Below are positions 36,128 through 49,600 of a DNA stretch of 64,000 bases, in pieces (the stretch's first letter is position 1; every line of letters starts with the position of its first letter). The position numbers and the translations under genes were made by a program. The DNA lies in contig MCFE01000295.1 of NCBI GenBank assembly GCA_002104905.1, forward strand, positions 37,639 to 101,638, in the 5' to 3' direction. Origin of the DNA: Basidiobolus meristosporus CBS 931.73. Its lineage: Eukaryota; Fungi; Basidiobolomycota. Below the pieces are notes generated by a model that saw only the letters and a list, made by a program, of their open reading frames with translations, did not search any database and was not told the origin of the DNA.

Positions 36128-37479
36128 CAGTACTGGCCAGACAAGTCTATTTGTACCTTAACCTTGAGCACTATAGAGATTTTGAATGAGGTTTTGCCTC
36201 ATATGACTAATGTACTATGTTACTTATCAGTAGGGCCAAGTGGCTTCCAAGAGCAATACACAAAGGACTCATCAAGGCAGTAGTTCCAAATTACTAGACA
36301 CAGGGTAAGTGATACCTTGAGGAATCAGCAGGTGAACATCCGCAAGAAGAATACAGACTGCAAGCAACTACATCTAGATTGCACCAGCATGCCTTGCTGG
36401 ATTCATTACCATCTGCTGCAATATCAGCAAGCTGGTGCATTTCAGTCTAATCTAGGCCAAAACCCCTTGCAAGAGCATCCTACATTGAGTCAACATAGTT
36501 CAGTTCAGCATGTATTCTTCTGAGCACAACTCCCAGAACTTACAAAACTGCTTCTTTAGGCACAAGTCTATTGCAGGAGGCCAAGCTATGCTAACCTGTA
36601 ACATTACATATTAACTCAGCCAAAGGGCTATGCCAACACACCTAGTTGCACCTGCACATGCTGGCACAACTGAACATCAGCATGTTACTTATGGTGAACT
36701 GATTGACAGTGGCTCATCTAAAGTTCCTCAGCCACCAGAGTCTTTAGTATGTAAAAGAATGCGTCAGTGCATTGCACCTCAGGCTGGTTCCCTTATGTTA
36801 TCTGGAGCAATTCAGTGTGGCCAAGCTCCAGCACTGTGCTCATCTACTAGGAGGCAAAATACTGACTTTGAGTACACAAGTAGCCAAGATGATAGTCAAC
36901 AAGGAAGTAATTCAGGTGTGCAAAATGAATCACTACCAAATGCTTCAATAGTGATCCCTGTGATAATAAGCCTAGAGGATGATGTGATTGCATTGAATTA
37001 CTACAATTTATGGTGATCCAAATAGCCCTTTTTTTGCAATCAAAATAAGCCATTGCAAGTCGGTAATCATTGATTTAGGTAGTTTGTGGATTGGTCAATG
37101 AGCCAATTGGGGGCTACAAGCTTTGGAAAATTTCTAACCAATCAGCCATTGATATACAACCCAGCTGGAGTGATAGTCACCAAACTGGTAAATATCAGTG
37201 TAGTTGACAGTGTTATAAATATATACTTCCATATACATTAACAAAACATATCCAAGTACCAGATTTTATCAACCTTAATAATGGTATCCAATTGCACATG
37301 AGATGCAAACATTACTAGTAGGCACAAACAATTGTGCCATAGTGTGTGAGATTGTCCAATATAGTGCAAGATTGTTCAAGAGCAACCCTGCCTACTGGTA
37401 GTTTCAACACTGAGCACAACTATTCTTTGCAACTAAGGACTATGTCACACCCCCTGGCATGAAAAAATGGAACAGAACT
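36128..37479 (+). pseudogene. Element Y second-ORF relic and 3' region ending in an internal TIR-like end
   Basis: Frame continues from ~31030-31200 (LHTF..VLARQVYLYLNLEHYRDFE.GFASYD..RAKWL); ends ATGGAACAGAACT followed by AAT. Confidence 0.55.
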
Positions 37480-38566
37480 AATATATAAAAAGACAAGTAT
37501 TGAAAGCTAAAATGAGCTGAGAGTTAGGGGATTCAATCAGGAAGCCAGGAGAAAATGACACTGCACATAATTTATACAGTACAGGCTGGACTCATTTGTT
37601 TGTGCCTCAGCTTTGGGAACCAAAGAAATTTTGAATGAGTTTTTGCCTCAAGTGACAAATGTACTCTATGATATATTAGTAGAGCTAAGTGGCTCTGAAG
37701 AGCATATTCACAGGACTCACCAAAGCAATACCTTCAAAGTATCTGACAGAGGGTAAGCAAATACATTGAGGAATCAGAAGGTGAGCTTCAAGGGGACAAA
37801 TGCAGGCCACAAGCAACTGCAACAAGACTCAATCAGCTAGCCTTACTGGATTTCTTACCATCCTCTACTATGTCAGTGTGCCAGTGCATGCCAGTCCAAT
37901 CTATATCAATACCCTTAACAAGATCATCCTGCATTGAGTCAATGGGTGTCAGATCAATATGCATGCTACGGAGCAAAACTACTGTATTTCACCAAACTGC
38001 CTATTTAGACACAGGTTCATTGGAGGAGGCCAAGCTGCACCAATATGTAACATTACATTGAACACAGTCAATGGCTATGCCACCACATCAAGTTGCGCCT
38101 GCTTATGCTGTTACACCTGACCATTGGCAATTTACTTCTGGTGAACTGACTGAGAGTGGCCTGCTTGAAGTGCCTCTACCACTGGAGTCTTTGGCAAGTA
38201 AAAGAATGCATCAGCACATGGCACTTCAGTTGGAGTGATGGTAGCCAAAATAGTAAGTATTAGTGTAGTTTATAGTGTGATATGCATATATTTTCATCTA
38301 CATTAAAGAAACATATCCAAATCCCACATGCTACCTACCATATTGGTGTTATCTAATTGCACATGTGATGCAAACATGATAAATTGGTGCAATTATCTGT
38401 GCCAACCTCATATCTTAGAATTGCCATGGTGTGCAAGATTATCCCAAATTTTATAAAATTGCCCAAGAGTAGTCCCACCTACTTGTAGCTAGAATATTGT
38501 GCCCAGTTGTTCTTTGCAACTGTGGATTGTGCTATGCGCCCTGGCATGGTATGGTGGAACAATTCT
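37480..38566 (+). repeat. Diverged paralog of 31100-31200 plus 36128-37479 (second Y 3' half)
   Basis: Shared blocks AATGAGCTGAGAG, TTTTGAATGAG.TTTTGCCTCA, GGAGGCCAAGCT, TGGTGAACTGA, CTGGCATG..TGGAACA. Confidence 0.8.
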
Positions 38567-38699
38567 AGTATTTTAAGAACAGCAGATACTACTGAAGAGA
38601 GAAGAACAAGGGTGCCACAGTTGAAAACCAGTAGTTTCCTCAAGAGCTTGTGATTAGCAGAGCTAAAAGTGCGCAAGCAAGCAGCAATGGAATGCTGGA

Positions 38700-39620
38700 G
38701 CACCAGTTGGGGACTTAAAGTCCTAAGCAAAATTTTTCTGGTAGGTCTTCTTGGAATTAGCCATCGAGTTCTTTCATCTCAGGTTGAAAGAGGTTGCTTG
38801 ATAGGATCAAAAGAGTGGTTGTTTTGTTTTCAAGGTCAATGAGATAGTTTGGGAAGCAATACACCTTTGCTGCAAGAGGCTGGTATTCTCATATAGTTTG
38901 CATGATAGATTCTAGGGATTGTTGTAGTTTTGATCTTCTACTTGTTAGTTGGGTTATGGTGAGTTAGTCATGAGCTCTTGAGAACTATGGAGTAGTGAGT
39001 GTTGTAAGAGTCTTGGAGATATTGGAAGTGATTGGGAGAACAAGTAGATTATGTGGTTTTCACTTAATGATTTATTGAATGTAAAAGTAGTATTTATACT
39101 TTTACCTGGTCTTGGCATTATAAACACGTAGAATAGGTTAAGGAAGGTCCCAAGAACATGTGTGCAAAGTTTGGGGCTGTTTGGACAACTTTGAGAATTT
39201 TCATGTTCTGGGTACCTAGTATTTTGATGAAAATATTCTTAGTAAATCCCGACACGGAATTTGGTCAGTATTCTTTAGGATTTGATGGTAATGATCTAAG
39301 TGACTAAGTTAGGTGAATATTTAGGTGGAAATACAAATTTTTACAACTGGGAGGAGAGTAGATGTTGTTCAAGGCTAGTGTCTCAGAGTGACTAATATTG
39401 GGCAGCTGGAGTAGACATTTCTCATGAATAACAACACCAGAAAGGTGGGTTCTCAATCAGTAACTTCTACTTTGATAATAGAGGACTTCAGGACAGTAGA
39501 GATTTTGTGCTTCTGGACAAATGATTGACCAAGGAAACAAGAAGGAGCACCAGAATCTAGAAGGGCATGGAAATGCTCAGGACTGAGTTCATGGATGTGC
39601 ATGTTGACAGGCTTTTTCAA
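38700..39620 (-). pseudogene. Relic of another Gypsy family (protease to RT start), interrupted by a B solo LTR
   Basis: Minus strand: ALLDSGAPSCFLGQSFVQKHKI..IKVEVTD, SPHYSIVL..HNP, YLIDLE..QPEMKELD..QEDL, KSPTGAP.F. Confidence 0.7.
39000..39348 (-). mobile_element. Solo LTR, Copia family B
   Basis: 349 bp, about 12 differences from LTR 58303-58651; TSD GTGAG/GGGAG (4/5). Confidence 0.92.
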
Positions 39621-41419
39621 TTGTTGTCAGTCTGGGGGATAATGGAAGTGACTGGGAGAACAAGTAGATTATGGGGTCTCACTAAATCAGATATCAAATA
39701 TAATGTCAGTATTATACTGTTTCAGCAACCTTGGGAATTCTCATGTTCTGGGTACCTGGTATTTAGGTGAAAATATTCTAAGTAAATCCATCCAAGAACT
39801 TGATTAGCATTCTTAAGGACTTGAGGTTATGATCTAAGTGACTAAGTTAGGTGACTACTCAGGTGGAACTACAAATCTTTGCACCAATCTCACTCAAGTA
39901 AATGCTCACACTGACTAATCCTAGTTTTGTCCTAAAATATTCTAATTTGTGTCTCGCCAATGATTGGGTAAATGTGTCTGCAAATATATTATCTATGAGA
40001 AAGTAAACTAAGCTAACCAGTTTATTTTCTATAGTTTCATACATGAAATAATTTATAATATCATTGCGCCTAGTTCTAGTTTCAGAAATTGGATTTCTAC
40101 TTAATTGCATACATCCTTAGTTATATTGAAATAAGTTAATAAGTGTTTCTTAACATACGCCTAAATCTGTTAAAAGCTTTCTTATCCACCATGCTTCTTT
40201 TGTAGCTTCACAGGCTACCATATGCTCTACTGCTGTTGTAGAAAGTGCTTTGGTTGGCTACTTTCTCGAATTCCACAAAATTGCTCCTTGACAGTGAAGA
40301 AAGGTATGTCTTGTTGTGCATCTTCTGTCTTCTAAATTTCATCCCCAACCAGCATCAAAGTTCTGCTCAATATCCTGCTCTGAGTTCTTATAGGTTTACT
40401 TTAAGCAAATAACAGCAGTTCTTTTAATTAACTAAATATATGCACAACCACTACAATATGATTGGATCCATTGTTTTCATTATGTAGGCTGATGGCTTCC
40501 ATTGAATATCTGATATCTGGACATGTTCCAAGCATGAGATACATTGAACTACTGATTACAAACTGTTAAGGAAAGTCAGGGCTTTCAGATAGTACCTTAG
40601 TTCTTGGCTATTTCTGGTACATATAATACTTGTTCAAAGGGCAGTGAATGAGTTCCTCCACTAATTCTAATGTTTACCTGTATATATCCTTCTCTCACTG
40701 CATCAGGTGTTCTATTGTCACCTTTGAAATGCTTCTTAATTGAAATTTTTGATATAGGTTAAAAGTTCCTTTTGATGGGTAAAGTGTTAAGGTGTTTCAG
40801 AGTCAGCATACAACATTTGAGAATCCTAATTTGTGGTCACATTTAGTATAGATATGAATAGCCTATCTTCAGTTGTTGCAGCATATCCATATTCAGGCCT
40901 TTTTGCTTACTCTTTCTCCATATGAGGCACTGGCTCAATGTGTCCTTTCCTTTTGCAATAGTTGCCAAAATAGTTACTATTTCATTTGTAGGCCATCATT
41001 GCTTAATAAATCATTATCTTCTTCCTTCTTGTGGGTGCTTGATTCTCTTAAATTTATATCCAGGGGCATTCTATATAAATAATTTAAGGTCAGGTATTTG
41101 GTTCTGGACTCTAGGACTGATACAAGGCCCTGAAACTTGTCTTTTAGGCAATTTGGATGTTAACTATCACTTCCTCATCAATAGCTGGTACTCCCACAGT
41201 TTCCATCTTATCCACCAGCCAGGAAATATTTCAAATCAGATTTTTGATTTCTTCTCTTGGCAGCATTTTCAGTGTCTTATGGGGTTGTTGATGGTGATTG
41301 GGAGAACATGTTGATTTTCTGGCTTCAACTTAATAATACATCAAATGTAAAAGTTGCATTTATACTCTACACAGTCTTGGCAGAACAAACCCATAGAATG
41401 TACTCATGATGATTCTAAG

Positions 41420-44400
41420 TGTTGTAATTGTTGAGGAGTCACCTATATACTCATGCTAGCTTAGGCACAAAGACCTTATTCTGTGACTGGCATTTTGTCC
41501 TGACCTAGTTTCTTGCTGGGATTTACTCAAAATATTTGCACTAAAGTAATATAAAGTCCAATTATGGTATTTCTGAAAGCAGTCTAAAAGCCCCCAAAAT
41601 TTGCACAAACATTTTTGGGACCTTCCTTAGCAAGCCTCACATGCTTGTTTGTGCTATGTTATCATAAGTATAAATACCAAACACTTGATCAATAAGTTTA
41701 CAAGTGAATAATGGTGAAACATGTTGAAATATTGAACTATTTGGTATCATTCTGCTGCTAAAATTTACTTAACAATTCTGGACTGGTCTTGGTCACTGTG
41801 AGACTAATATACAGCTCTAGCTTTGCCACTTTCTTCAGATCTATGATCTTATGATTATTCCCTTATAGTCAGGATCAAATTAGCACCATGACTAAACATT
41901 ATGTATTGACCTGAAACTGTTGCAGAATGTTCCTCAATATTGAGAAACCCTCCTTACTTGGTATTAGGGCTGTATTACTTCTACAAAGATATAAATATTG
42001 AGCTTTGTTATAAATAAACAACAGTTTAACTATTATTGCTATTTCTTGATAAATTCCTAATATCCATATCACTTCTGAAATTGCAACAGATTACAAGCCC
42101 TGATTGCCTTGATCTATTCTTAAGATGACTTCTGCCAGCAAATTGAACAACACAAACATCTTCCCTGTAAAGGAGAGGTTTGATGGGTAGAACTACAGAC
42201 TTTGGAGAATCAAGATGCAAATCCACCTTGAGGAAAGGAAGCTTTGGAATATAGTAACAGGAGAAGAAGTTGTGCCCAAAGGGACAGCAGAAGAAGTGGA
42301 GAAGCTTCAGGAGAGGGAGAGAATGGCCTTTAATGTTATATGCATCAATGTGCAAGATTCCTTCATTGAACAAATCCATGCCTCAAATACTGCCAAAGCA
42401 GCATGGGAATCCTTAGAGAAGATCTTTGCAGCAAAGTCAGTATCAAGCACGCTTTATTCAAAACAAAAGCACTTCAACATGTGGAAGAGGTCAGATGATG
42501 ACATGCCACAACTCCTTACCAGAAAGAAGACACTTGCAGAAGAGCTTTACAATATTAATGCTGGTGTAGATGATAAAGAAAAGATACTCTGTCTGCTTTG
42601 CAGCCAACCAGACAAGTTTGAGCCACTCATACTTTCTTTTGAAAGCAGGGAAGACAACTTCACTTCACACTATGTCAAAGGAGGACTTCTCCATGAAGAA
42701 CTCAGACGTAATGTTCAAGCAGAGAAAATTGAAGATTATGCTTTATTCAGTTCAGCAAGGCACTCAGAAAAGAAGGGAAAGCAACAAAACCAAAGAAAAC
42801 CTGGTTGCTGTAACTACTGTAAAAAGCCAGGATACTGGGCAAGAGACAGTAAGGAGAAACAAGCAGACAAAAAACCAAATCTAGAGCAGGCAAACCATAT
42901 AACTACTGATGAACAGTTATTTGTAACCATACAAGAGAAGGCAAGGTACCAAAGTAATGAATGGTATAGTGACTCAGGAGCATCACAGCATATCTTGGTT
43001 GAAGGAGTGGCTCAGCAGCTTTAAGACTATTCCTGTAAGAAAGGTTTATCTGGGAGATAACTCTGCTCTGGAAGCTACCGCCAGTGGGTCTATACAACTA
43101 ATTATGAGCAATAGCCCAAGGGCAACAACAGCAAAACTGACTGACATTCTCTGTGTACCTGGAATAGCTAAGAACCTACTCTCAGTCAGTAAAGCAACTG
43201 CTCAGGGACTGAAATTTGTCTTTACTAAGATGAGCTGCTCAATATTGAGTGAAAATGGGCAAAAATCAACTTTGGGAATCAGAGTTCACAATGTATAAAG
43301 TTACAATGCAATAACATTGTGCCTGAGTATATCAACATTGCTGAAACTGATGAAACCAACTGGGAGACATGGCATAGGAGGCTAGGACACATTTGGCAAC
43401 AGAAAATGGGCCAATTGGTGAAAATCAGCTTGTTTTGGGCCTAAAATACTCAATTCCAATCAAATTGAATGTTTTTAAGCAATGTTCACATGGCAAACAA
43501 GCTGGACAATGTTTCAAGAGCTCAGAAGGCTTCAAGACCACCAGAATATTGGCTATTGTACATTCAGACATATGTGGCCCCATGAGAACATGGTTCCTTG
43601 GAGCCAAGAGATATTTTATGACATTACAACAAAACAAGATATACATGGGTGTACTTCCTCAAAACAAAGGATGAAGCTTGAGTGACGTTTAAACACTTCA
43701 AGAACATGGCAGAAACACAAACTGGGTGTAAATTGAAGGTACCACAAAGTGACAATGGAGGAGAATACTGTTTCAATGAGTGTGCAAAATACTGCTCATC
43801 TACTGGTATACTTCAACAAACCACAGCTCCTCATACTCCGCAGCAAAATGGAGTAGCAGAACATACAAATACAACAATCATGAGATGGGAAGATTTATGC
43901 TACATGATAAGGAATGGACTACAAGTTTTGGGCTGAATCAGTTGCTACCGCAGTTTACATCTGGAACAGATGCCCAACAACAGCACTATGTGATTCTGCA
44001 CCCTTTGAAGCATATACAGGCAAAAAACCAGATCTCCAGCACCTCAAGATCTTTGGCATTGATGTTATTTATCACATCCCTGACAAAAAATGCTCAAAGT
44101 TGGAACCAAACAGTAGGAAAGGGATCTTTCTTGGGTATTGTGAAGATACTAATGGGTATAGAGTGTATGGTAGCAATTTTCAGAAGCTGATCAAGAGCAG
44201 GGATGTTATATTTGAGGAGAAATCAGATCGCAAAGCCACCAAAATTATTGGACAGCTACCTGATGATGCAATCAACACCAATGAAGAAGATGCACACCTA
44301 GTTCTGCCAGAAATGGATGATATAACTACCAGCTCCAGATCAGAGCAGATTATCCCAGTTAGGAGATCTACCAGAATAAAAAATTCCCCTGGATCCTGGT

Positions 44401-46439
44401 GGCAGACTTCCAATGATCATGAAGAAGCTTATCTTGCCTTATGAGCCAAACCTCATAATCTGGAACAGGCAATGCAAAGTCCAGATGCTACAATGTGGCA
44501 ACAAGCCATGCAGGAGGAGTACCAATCACTGATCAAGGCTAAAATGTGGAAACTGGTAGATTTACCAAATGGGAGGAAGCCAATAGGATGAAGATGGGTC
44601 TACAAGTTCAAGATAACCTCAAATGGTTGATAAGTACAAGGCTAGATTGGTGGCTAAAGACTATTCCCAGATCCAGGGACTAGACTTTAAAGAAATATTT
44701 GCTCTGGTTTTCAAGTTTAACTCCATCAGGACAGTTCTAGCCCTGGCAGCTGCACACAGCCAAGATCTACACCAAATGGACATCAAAACAGCCTTTCTAA
44801 ATGGGGATTTGCAAGAAACTATATATATGGAGCTACCAGAAGGTTTTACTAATCCAAAAGACCCCCATAAGGTGTGCAAACTTAGAAAATTGTTATATGG
44901 GCTTAAGCAGGCACCTAGAGCATGGTATTACAAGATTGACACATATATAGGGGAAATTGGGTTTTCTTGTAGCACTGCAGATCACAGTATATATGTGAAG
45001 CAGCTAAAAAAGGGTGTGATCATCCTAGTTATTTATGTGGACAACCCAATTATTGCTACAAGTGACCAAGAGGCACTTAAACAGATGTAATTAGATCTCT
45101 TCAGCAAGTTTGAGATCAAAAATCTTAGAAATTTGAGCTATTTTCTTGGAATTGAAGTCAAATTTGACATATCTACGCATAAAATTGTGCTGAATCAGTC
45201 TAAGTACATAAGGGACACTCTTAGACACTTCAAAATGGAAAATTGCAAACCTGCAGCTACCCCCATGGACAACAATCTAAATATAAGCAAATCTCAGCAG
45301 TTTATAGATGAAAATGGCTCAAATATGGACCAAAGCTTTCCCTATTAATCAATAGTTGGTAGCCTAATGTACTTGATGGTGTCTACATGTCCAGATAGTG
45401 TAGTGGCAGCTGGAATAGTCAGCCAATTTATGCAGAATTATGGATCAGATCAAATTGCAGCAGTTACATGGATTTTCAGATATCTACAAGGTACCATGAA
45501 TATGGTACTGGAATACTCTAGAGCAGCTAATAGGCAAATATTTGATGGTCATAGTGATTCATATTGGGGTAGGGATCTGATTGACAGATGCTCTGCCACA
45601 GGCTATGTATTTCTTTATGCTGGTGCAGCTATTACATGGAATTGCAAGAAACAACCAACTGTGGCCCTATTTACAACTGAAGCAGAATATATGGCTGCAT
45701 GTCAATCAACTAAGGAGGCTATATGGCTACAAAAATTATTCAAAGACTTAGGTCTTAATTCAGATGAATGAACATGTATTTACAAGGATAATCAAAGTTG
45801 TGTTTCATTAGCTAGAAATCCTACTAATCATGCCAGAACTAAGCACATTGATATACAGCATCACTTTGTGAGGGAAGCTGTAGAAAATAACTTGGTACAG
45901 TTAGCATACTGCACAACTAAGAAAATGGTGGCAGATATATTGACAAAACCACTAGCTAGGCCACAATTTGAGAATCTCAGGGAGGAATTAGGATTAAGAG
46001 ATTATTTAGTTGAGGGGGAGTGTTGAAAAATTGAGCTATTTGGTATCATTTGGCAGCTAAAAATTTACTTAACATTTCTGAACTAGTCTTGATCACTGTG
46101 GGACTAATTTACAGCTCTAACTTTGCCAAATTCCTCAGATCTATGATCTTATGATTATTTCCTTATAGCCAGGATCAAAGTAGCACCATTACTAAATATT
46201 ATGTACTAATCCTGACACTGTTACAGAATGCTCCTGAATATTGAGAAACCTTCCTTACTTAGTGTTACAGCTGTATTACTTCTACAAAGGTATAAATATT
46301 GAGCTTCTTTGTTAGTAAACAACAGTTCAACTATTATCACTATTTCTTGATAAGTTCCTTATATCAAAATCACTTCTTAAATTGCAACAAGACCTTTGGT
46401 TCTTCACATCAACTCCAGTACTCCTCAAATATTGCAACA
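41420..46439 (+). mobile_element. Diverged B-like solo LTR (41420-41721 plus 46390-46439), interrupted by A4
   Basis: TGTTGTA...TTGCAACA ends; perfect TSD CTAAG (41415-41419, 46440-46444); rejoined length ~347 bp vs 349 bp for B. Confidence 0.85.
41722..46389 (+). mobile_element. Full-length but decayed Copia family A copy 4 (A4)
   Basis: LTRs 41722-42088 and 46021-46389; PPT GAGGGGGAG; all domains as fragmented ORFs 42215-45771; TSD degenerate (AAACA/AGACC). Confidence 0.95.
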
Positions 46440-46629
46440 CTAAGAACATGTGCACCAAGCTTGGGCCAATTTGATTAACTGTCAGAATATAAATTCTGAG
46501 CATTGGGTGTTTTTGTGAATGTATTTTAAAAAACTACCAACAAGACATTTGCTAAACATTCTTGATCATTTGTAGGTAGTGATATAAGTAACTAATTGGT
46601 GGCTAATACTCTGGGCTATCACAACATTC

Positions 46630-49600
46630 TGCTTGTTCTGGGCTAAATGCATCAATTGGTAAGAGATGCAGCTTTTCTGTCAAACTTCTCTGTAACTGGC
46701 TTTGGAAGACTTTTCTCCTTTTACGTTTACTTTTACCTTTGGTGATGGAAAGGACTCCACTATTGCAGTATCTCAGAGCTAATCAAGCATTTATTGATTT
46801 ATTTTACCTTTTATTATTGAGACACACCTTTGAAAGGCCATGAAACTCCCACTCTGAAGGACAATAGCTTGAGACCCTGACAGTCAATCAATCCAGGAGC
46901 TTCATGACATGCTGAACACTCAGTGGCCAGCACATGTGTCAATTTACAGCACATCTGGAGTAGTACTGTAGGAACTATCATTCAATGTGGGCTATAAATA
47001 CTTATATTAGCTCTCTATTGCCATGTTTTCTTTGGCACCCTTGATCATGGGTTCTTCTTGATTGTGCAGAGCAATCTATATCCCAGGAAGACAGCACAAT
47101 ATTGTTACTGCAAAGAAGGAACTTAGATGGCTCAATTTCACAGCCTAGAGTTACACCATTTGCCAATATAGCAGCAGAGGAGCACTTAGAGTCTTTGAGG
47201 TGCAATAACAGTGCCTAAAGATAACATCCTCAGAAGAACCTATGATAGCCTGACATGAAGATACAATGAGATATATCAAAGCCTAAAAGTCATAAGATAC
47301 TGAACTTCCAAGAAGCCACTGTGTGCAATAATAAACAGTGAGCTAATATTCTAGAGACTGTAGGAAGTCTATCACACCATCACCTAGAGGCAAGCATACC
47401 AAGAGACCATCCAGACCTCAAGGCCAAGCCAAATGTGCTTGACCAGTGCCATGAGCATTATCTTGAACTCAAATGCATAATTGGATCTTGGACCAGCATT
47501 GGAATGCTGAGAGAATATCTCAACAATATCATAGTCCATTGAAGGTAGAAGTACAAGGATGGCATGGCTAAAAACCAATGGCATCCTCAAGAGATTGTTA
47601 CAAGTAGGGCCAAAAGCTCTAAACAAGTGGTAAACAGATGTTGAGATATTGGAAGAGTGCCAGTAAGAGATAAGCAGGCAGAAACAGATTCACTGGTACA
47701 TCACTTATCAAGGCAAAGACTTAGTCAGGTACCAGATGCACTTGGACAAAGCTATATTAAAGGATCTGGCAGTGATATAGAAATAGGTACAGGGAGAAAA
47801 GTCAACCTATGCCAGAGAGAGGGAAGAGTGTAAAAAGAGCTGCAGTACTTACCATTCAGCATTATATGTCCAGAAGAGGCTGAATCACATAATAGCCAAG
47901 AGGTATTTCCAGCAAGACAATAGCTGCTTTCTCTAGTGTTGGAAGTACAGCCAGCTGAGCTCCACTGCAGTGAAGTAAATGAGTTTACAATAAAAGACAA
48001 TTTGTTAGCCACAGCCTTCACAGTCTGCATATTGTACATTGTAATCAGGGTAGAGATCCCACTGATGGACAGATCAACATTGCCAAGGGCTCTGAAGACT
48101 GTTACAATACCCACAGAAAATATTTGGGGCAATTACTGGCATATCAAAGGTAACAGCACCACTTCAAGTGCAGTGTGCAAGAAAACACATTTAAATATTG
48201 CATAGACTCATTGCAAAGACTAGCAGATGATGTTCTGTACCTTGCAATGCTGGCTGAAGTCCAGGACATATGTAAACCAGTGAATGAGCAATGGAATAAC
48301 ATTAAAATGCTCCTGTAAGAGTCATGGAAAAGGTGTTTCAATAGTAATGTTTATCAAAAGGTGGATATGCAGAGAGTTACTTGTTGAGTGCAAGGTTAGG
48401 GTTGGTGTTCATGTTGTGAATGGGAGATAGCATTGGCCAGTATACTTGGCAATTGAGTTACAATTGAAGACTGATAAAAAATAACCCAATTTGCTCACAT
48501 GAAAAGTAAGAGGATTCTTTGAAATAGGAAGTAACAAGTGTGAATAAGAGCCTGTACCCACTCAATTTCCATAAATGTAGAAGATTATTGAGTTAACAGG
48601 ATTAGAAAGTGTGAGAACTGGCAGAGAACCAATTAAATGCCACTGGTACATTTCTGTGTTGGAGAATTGTGACTTGGTTGTTTATAAAATATGCAGTGCA
48701 ATTTTCTTTGATGGTCTTTGAATAGTGTCCTATGGAATCAACACCTCTTAGTCAGAGGATTAAAGCTTTGTGATGGCCTCTTGACAGGATCATCACAATG
48801 ATATTTCATAGGGAACAGGACCCAGCATGAGACTGGCAAGATCTCAATATGCAAAAAGACAACAGCTGTAGAACTAATGCCAAGGATGCTTTATGGAGAC
48901 AAGTAAGCCCAGTAATCTATAAGCTGGTGAGTGATATGATGTTGTGGCTAGTGTTGTAGCATACTTCCACCATCATCAGTACTGAAGACTTTGAGTGCTT
49001 ACTACTACTTCTGCCAAAATTAGCTCAGGATTCAACTACCATATACTTGTTAGCAATGGACAATTGTCATGCAGCTGGTAGTTGATGACCTAGAGACCAC
49101 TTTGATATCAGCATGCATTAACAGTTACATGGCATACATTAGAAAAGGCTACTATTGCCAGGTGTCCAACCTGTAAGGAGTCCACCACTATTAGAGAAAA
49201 GCAATTATTCACACTCTGGATTTATTCCAGCAATACCCCATCTATAAAAGCCAATGCAATCTGACAAAATTGTGAAGCTATACAGTACTGCACCCAGTTT
49301 CAATCAAGCACAAACATTTCCAATATATCTGATGGCAACTATTGCAAACACACAATAAGCAAGGGCTACTTTGGAGGTATGAATGACCATGCCTTTGCCT
49401 TGGCACCTGAGGGATTCTCATTAAATAAGTACTTTACTGGCTAATCCTACTGCCACTGACTCTTGTTAACCCAAATTAGCCATCAATCATATGTGGTCAA
49501 AGCAGAGATCTGATGGCAGCCATATATATATTGGGGCCTAAATCTCTATCCAACATGGATGGCTACATGTATCCAATACCATATGAATTTTGCTTGAAAT

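Larger units (their letters stand above)
29474..38566 (-). mobile_element. PIF/Harbinger-superfamily (PHIS) DNA transposon 'Y' with 3-bp ANT TSD, containing a nested Gypsy
   Basis: TSD AGT (29471-29473, 38567-38569); family X ORF-b rejoins across it (GCTAAGAAAGT|ATTTTAAGAACAGC vs GCTAAGGAAGTATCTTAAGAATAGC at ~53325-53350). Right end GGTGGAACAATTCT matches the MITE TIR (11/13); left end AGACCTTTGTTGTATAGTGCCACATAGTGCCAG is more degenerate. Confidence 0.8.
39622..46626 (-). mobile_element. Highly deleted Copia B-like element: 3' LTR 39622-~39886, internal relic to ~41270, 5' LTR split into ~41286-41419 and 46445-46626
   Basis: ORF 39859-40110 resembles the B RNase H C-terminus; 41080-41220 matches gag 62070-62210; LTR pieces match the B LTR. 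Outer TSDs do not match. Confidence 0.7.

Noticed and set aside
31198-36132. Gypsy as a recombinant of two insertions because TSDs differ
   Set aside because: The flanks rejoin into continuous Y ORF2 sequence, so it is one insertion with a decayed or ambiguous TSD.
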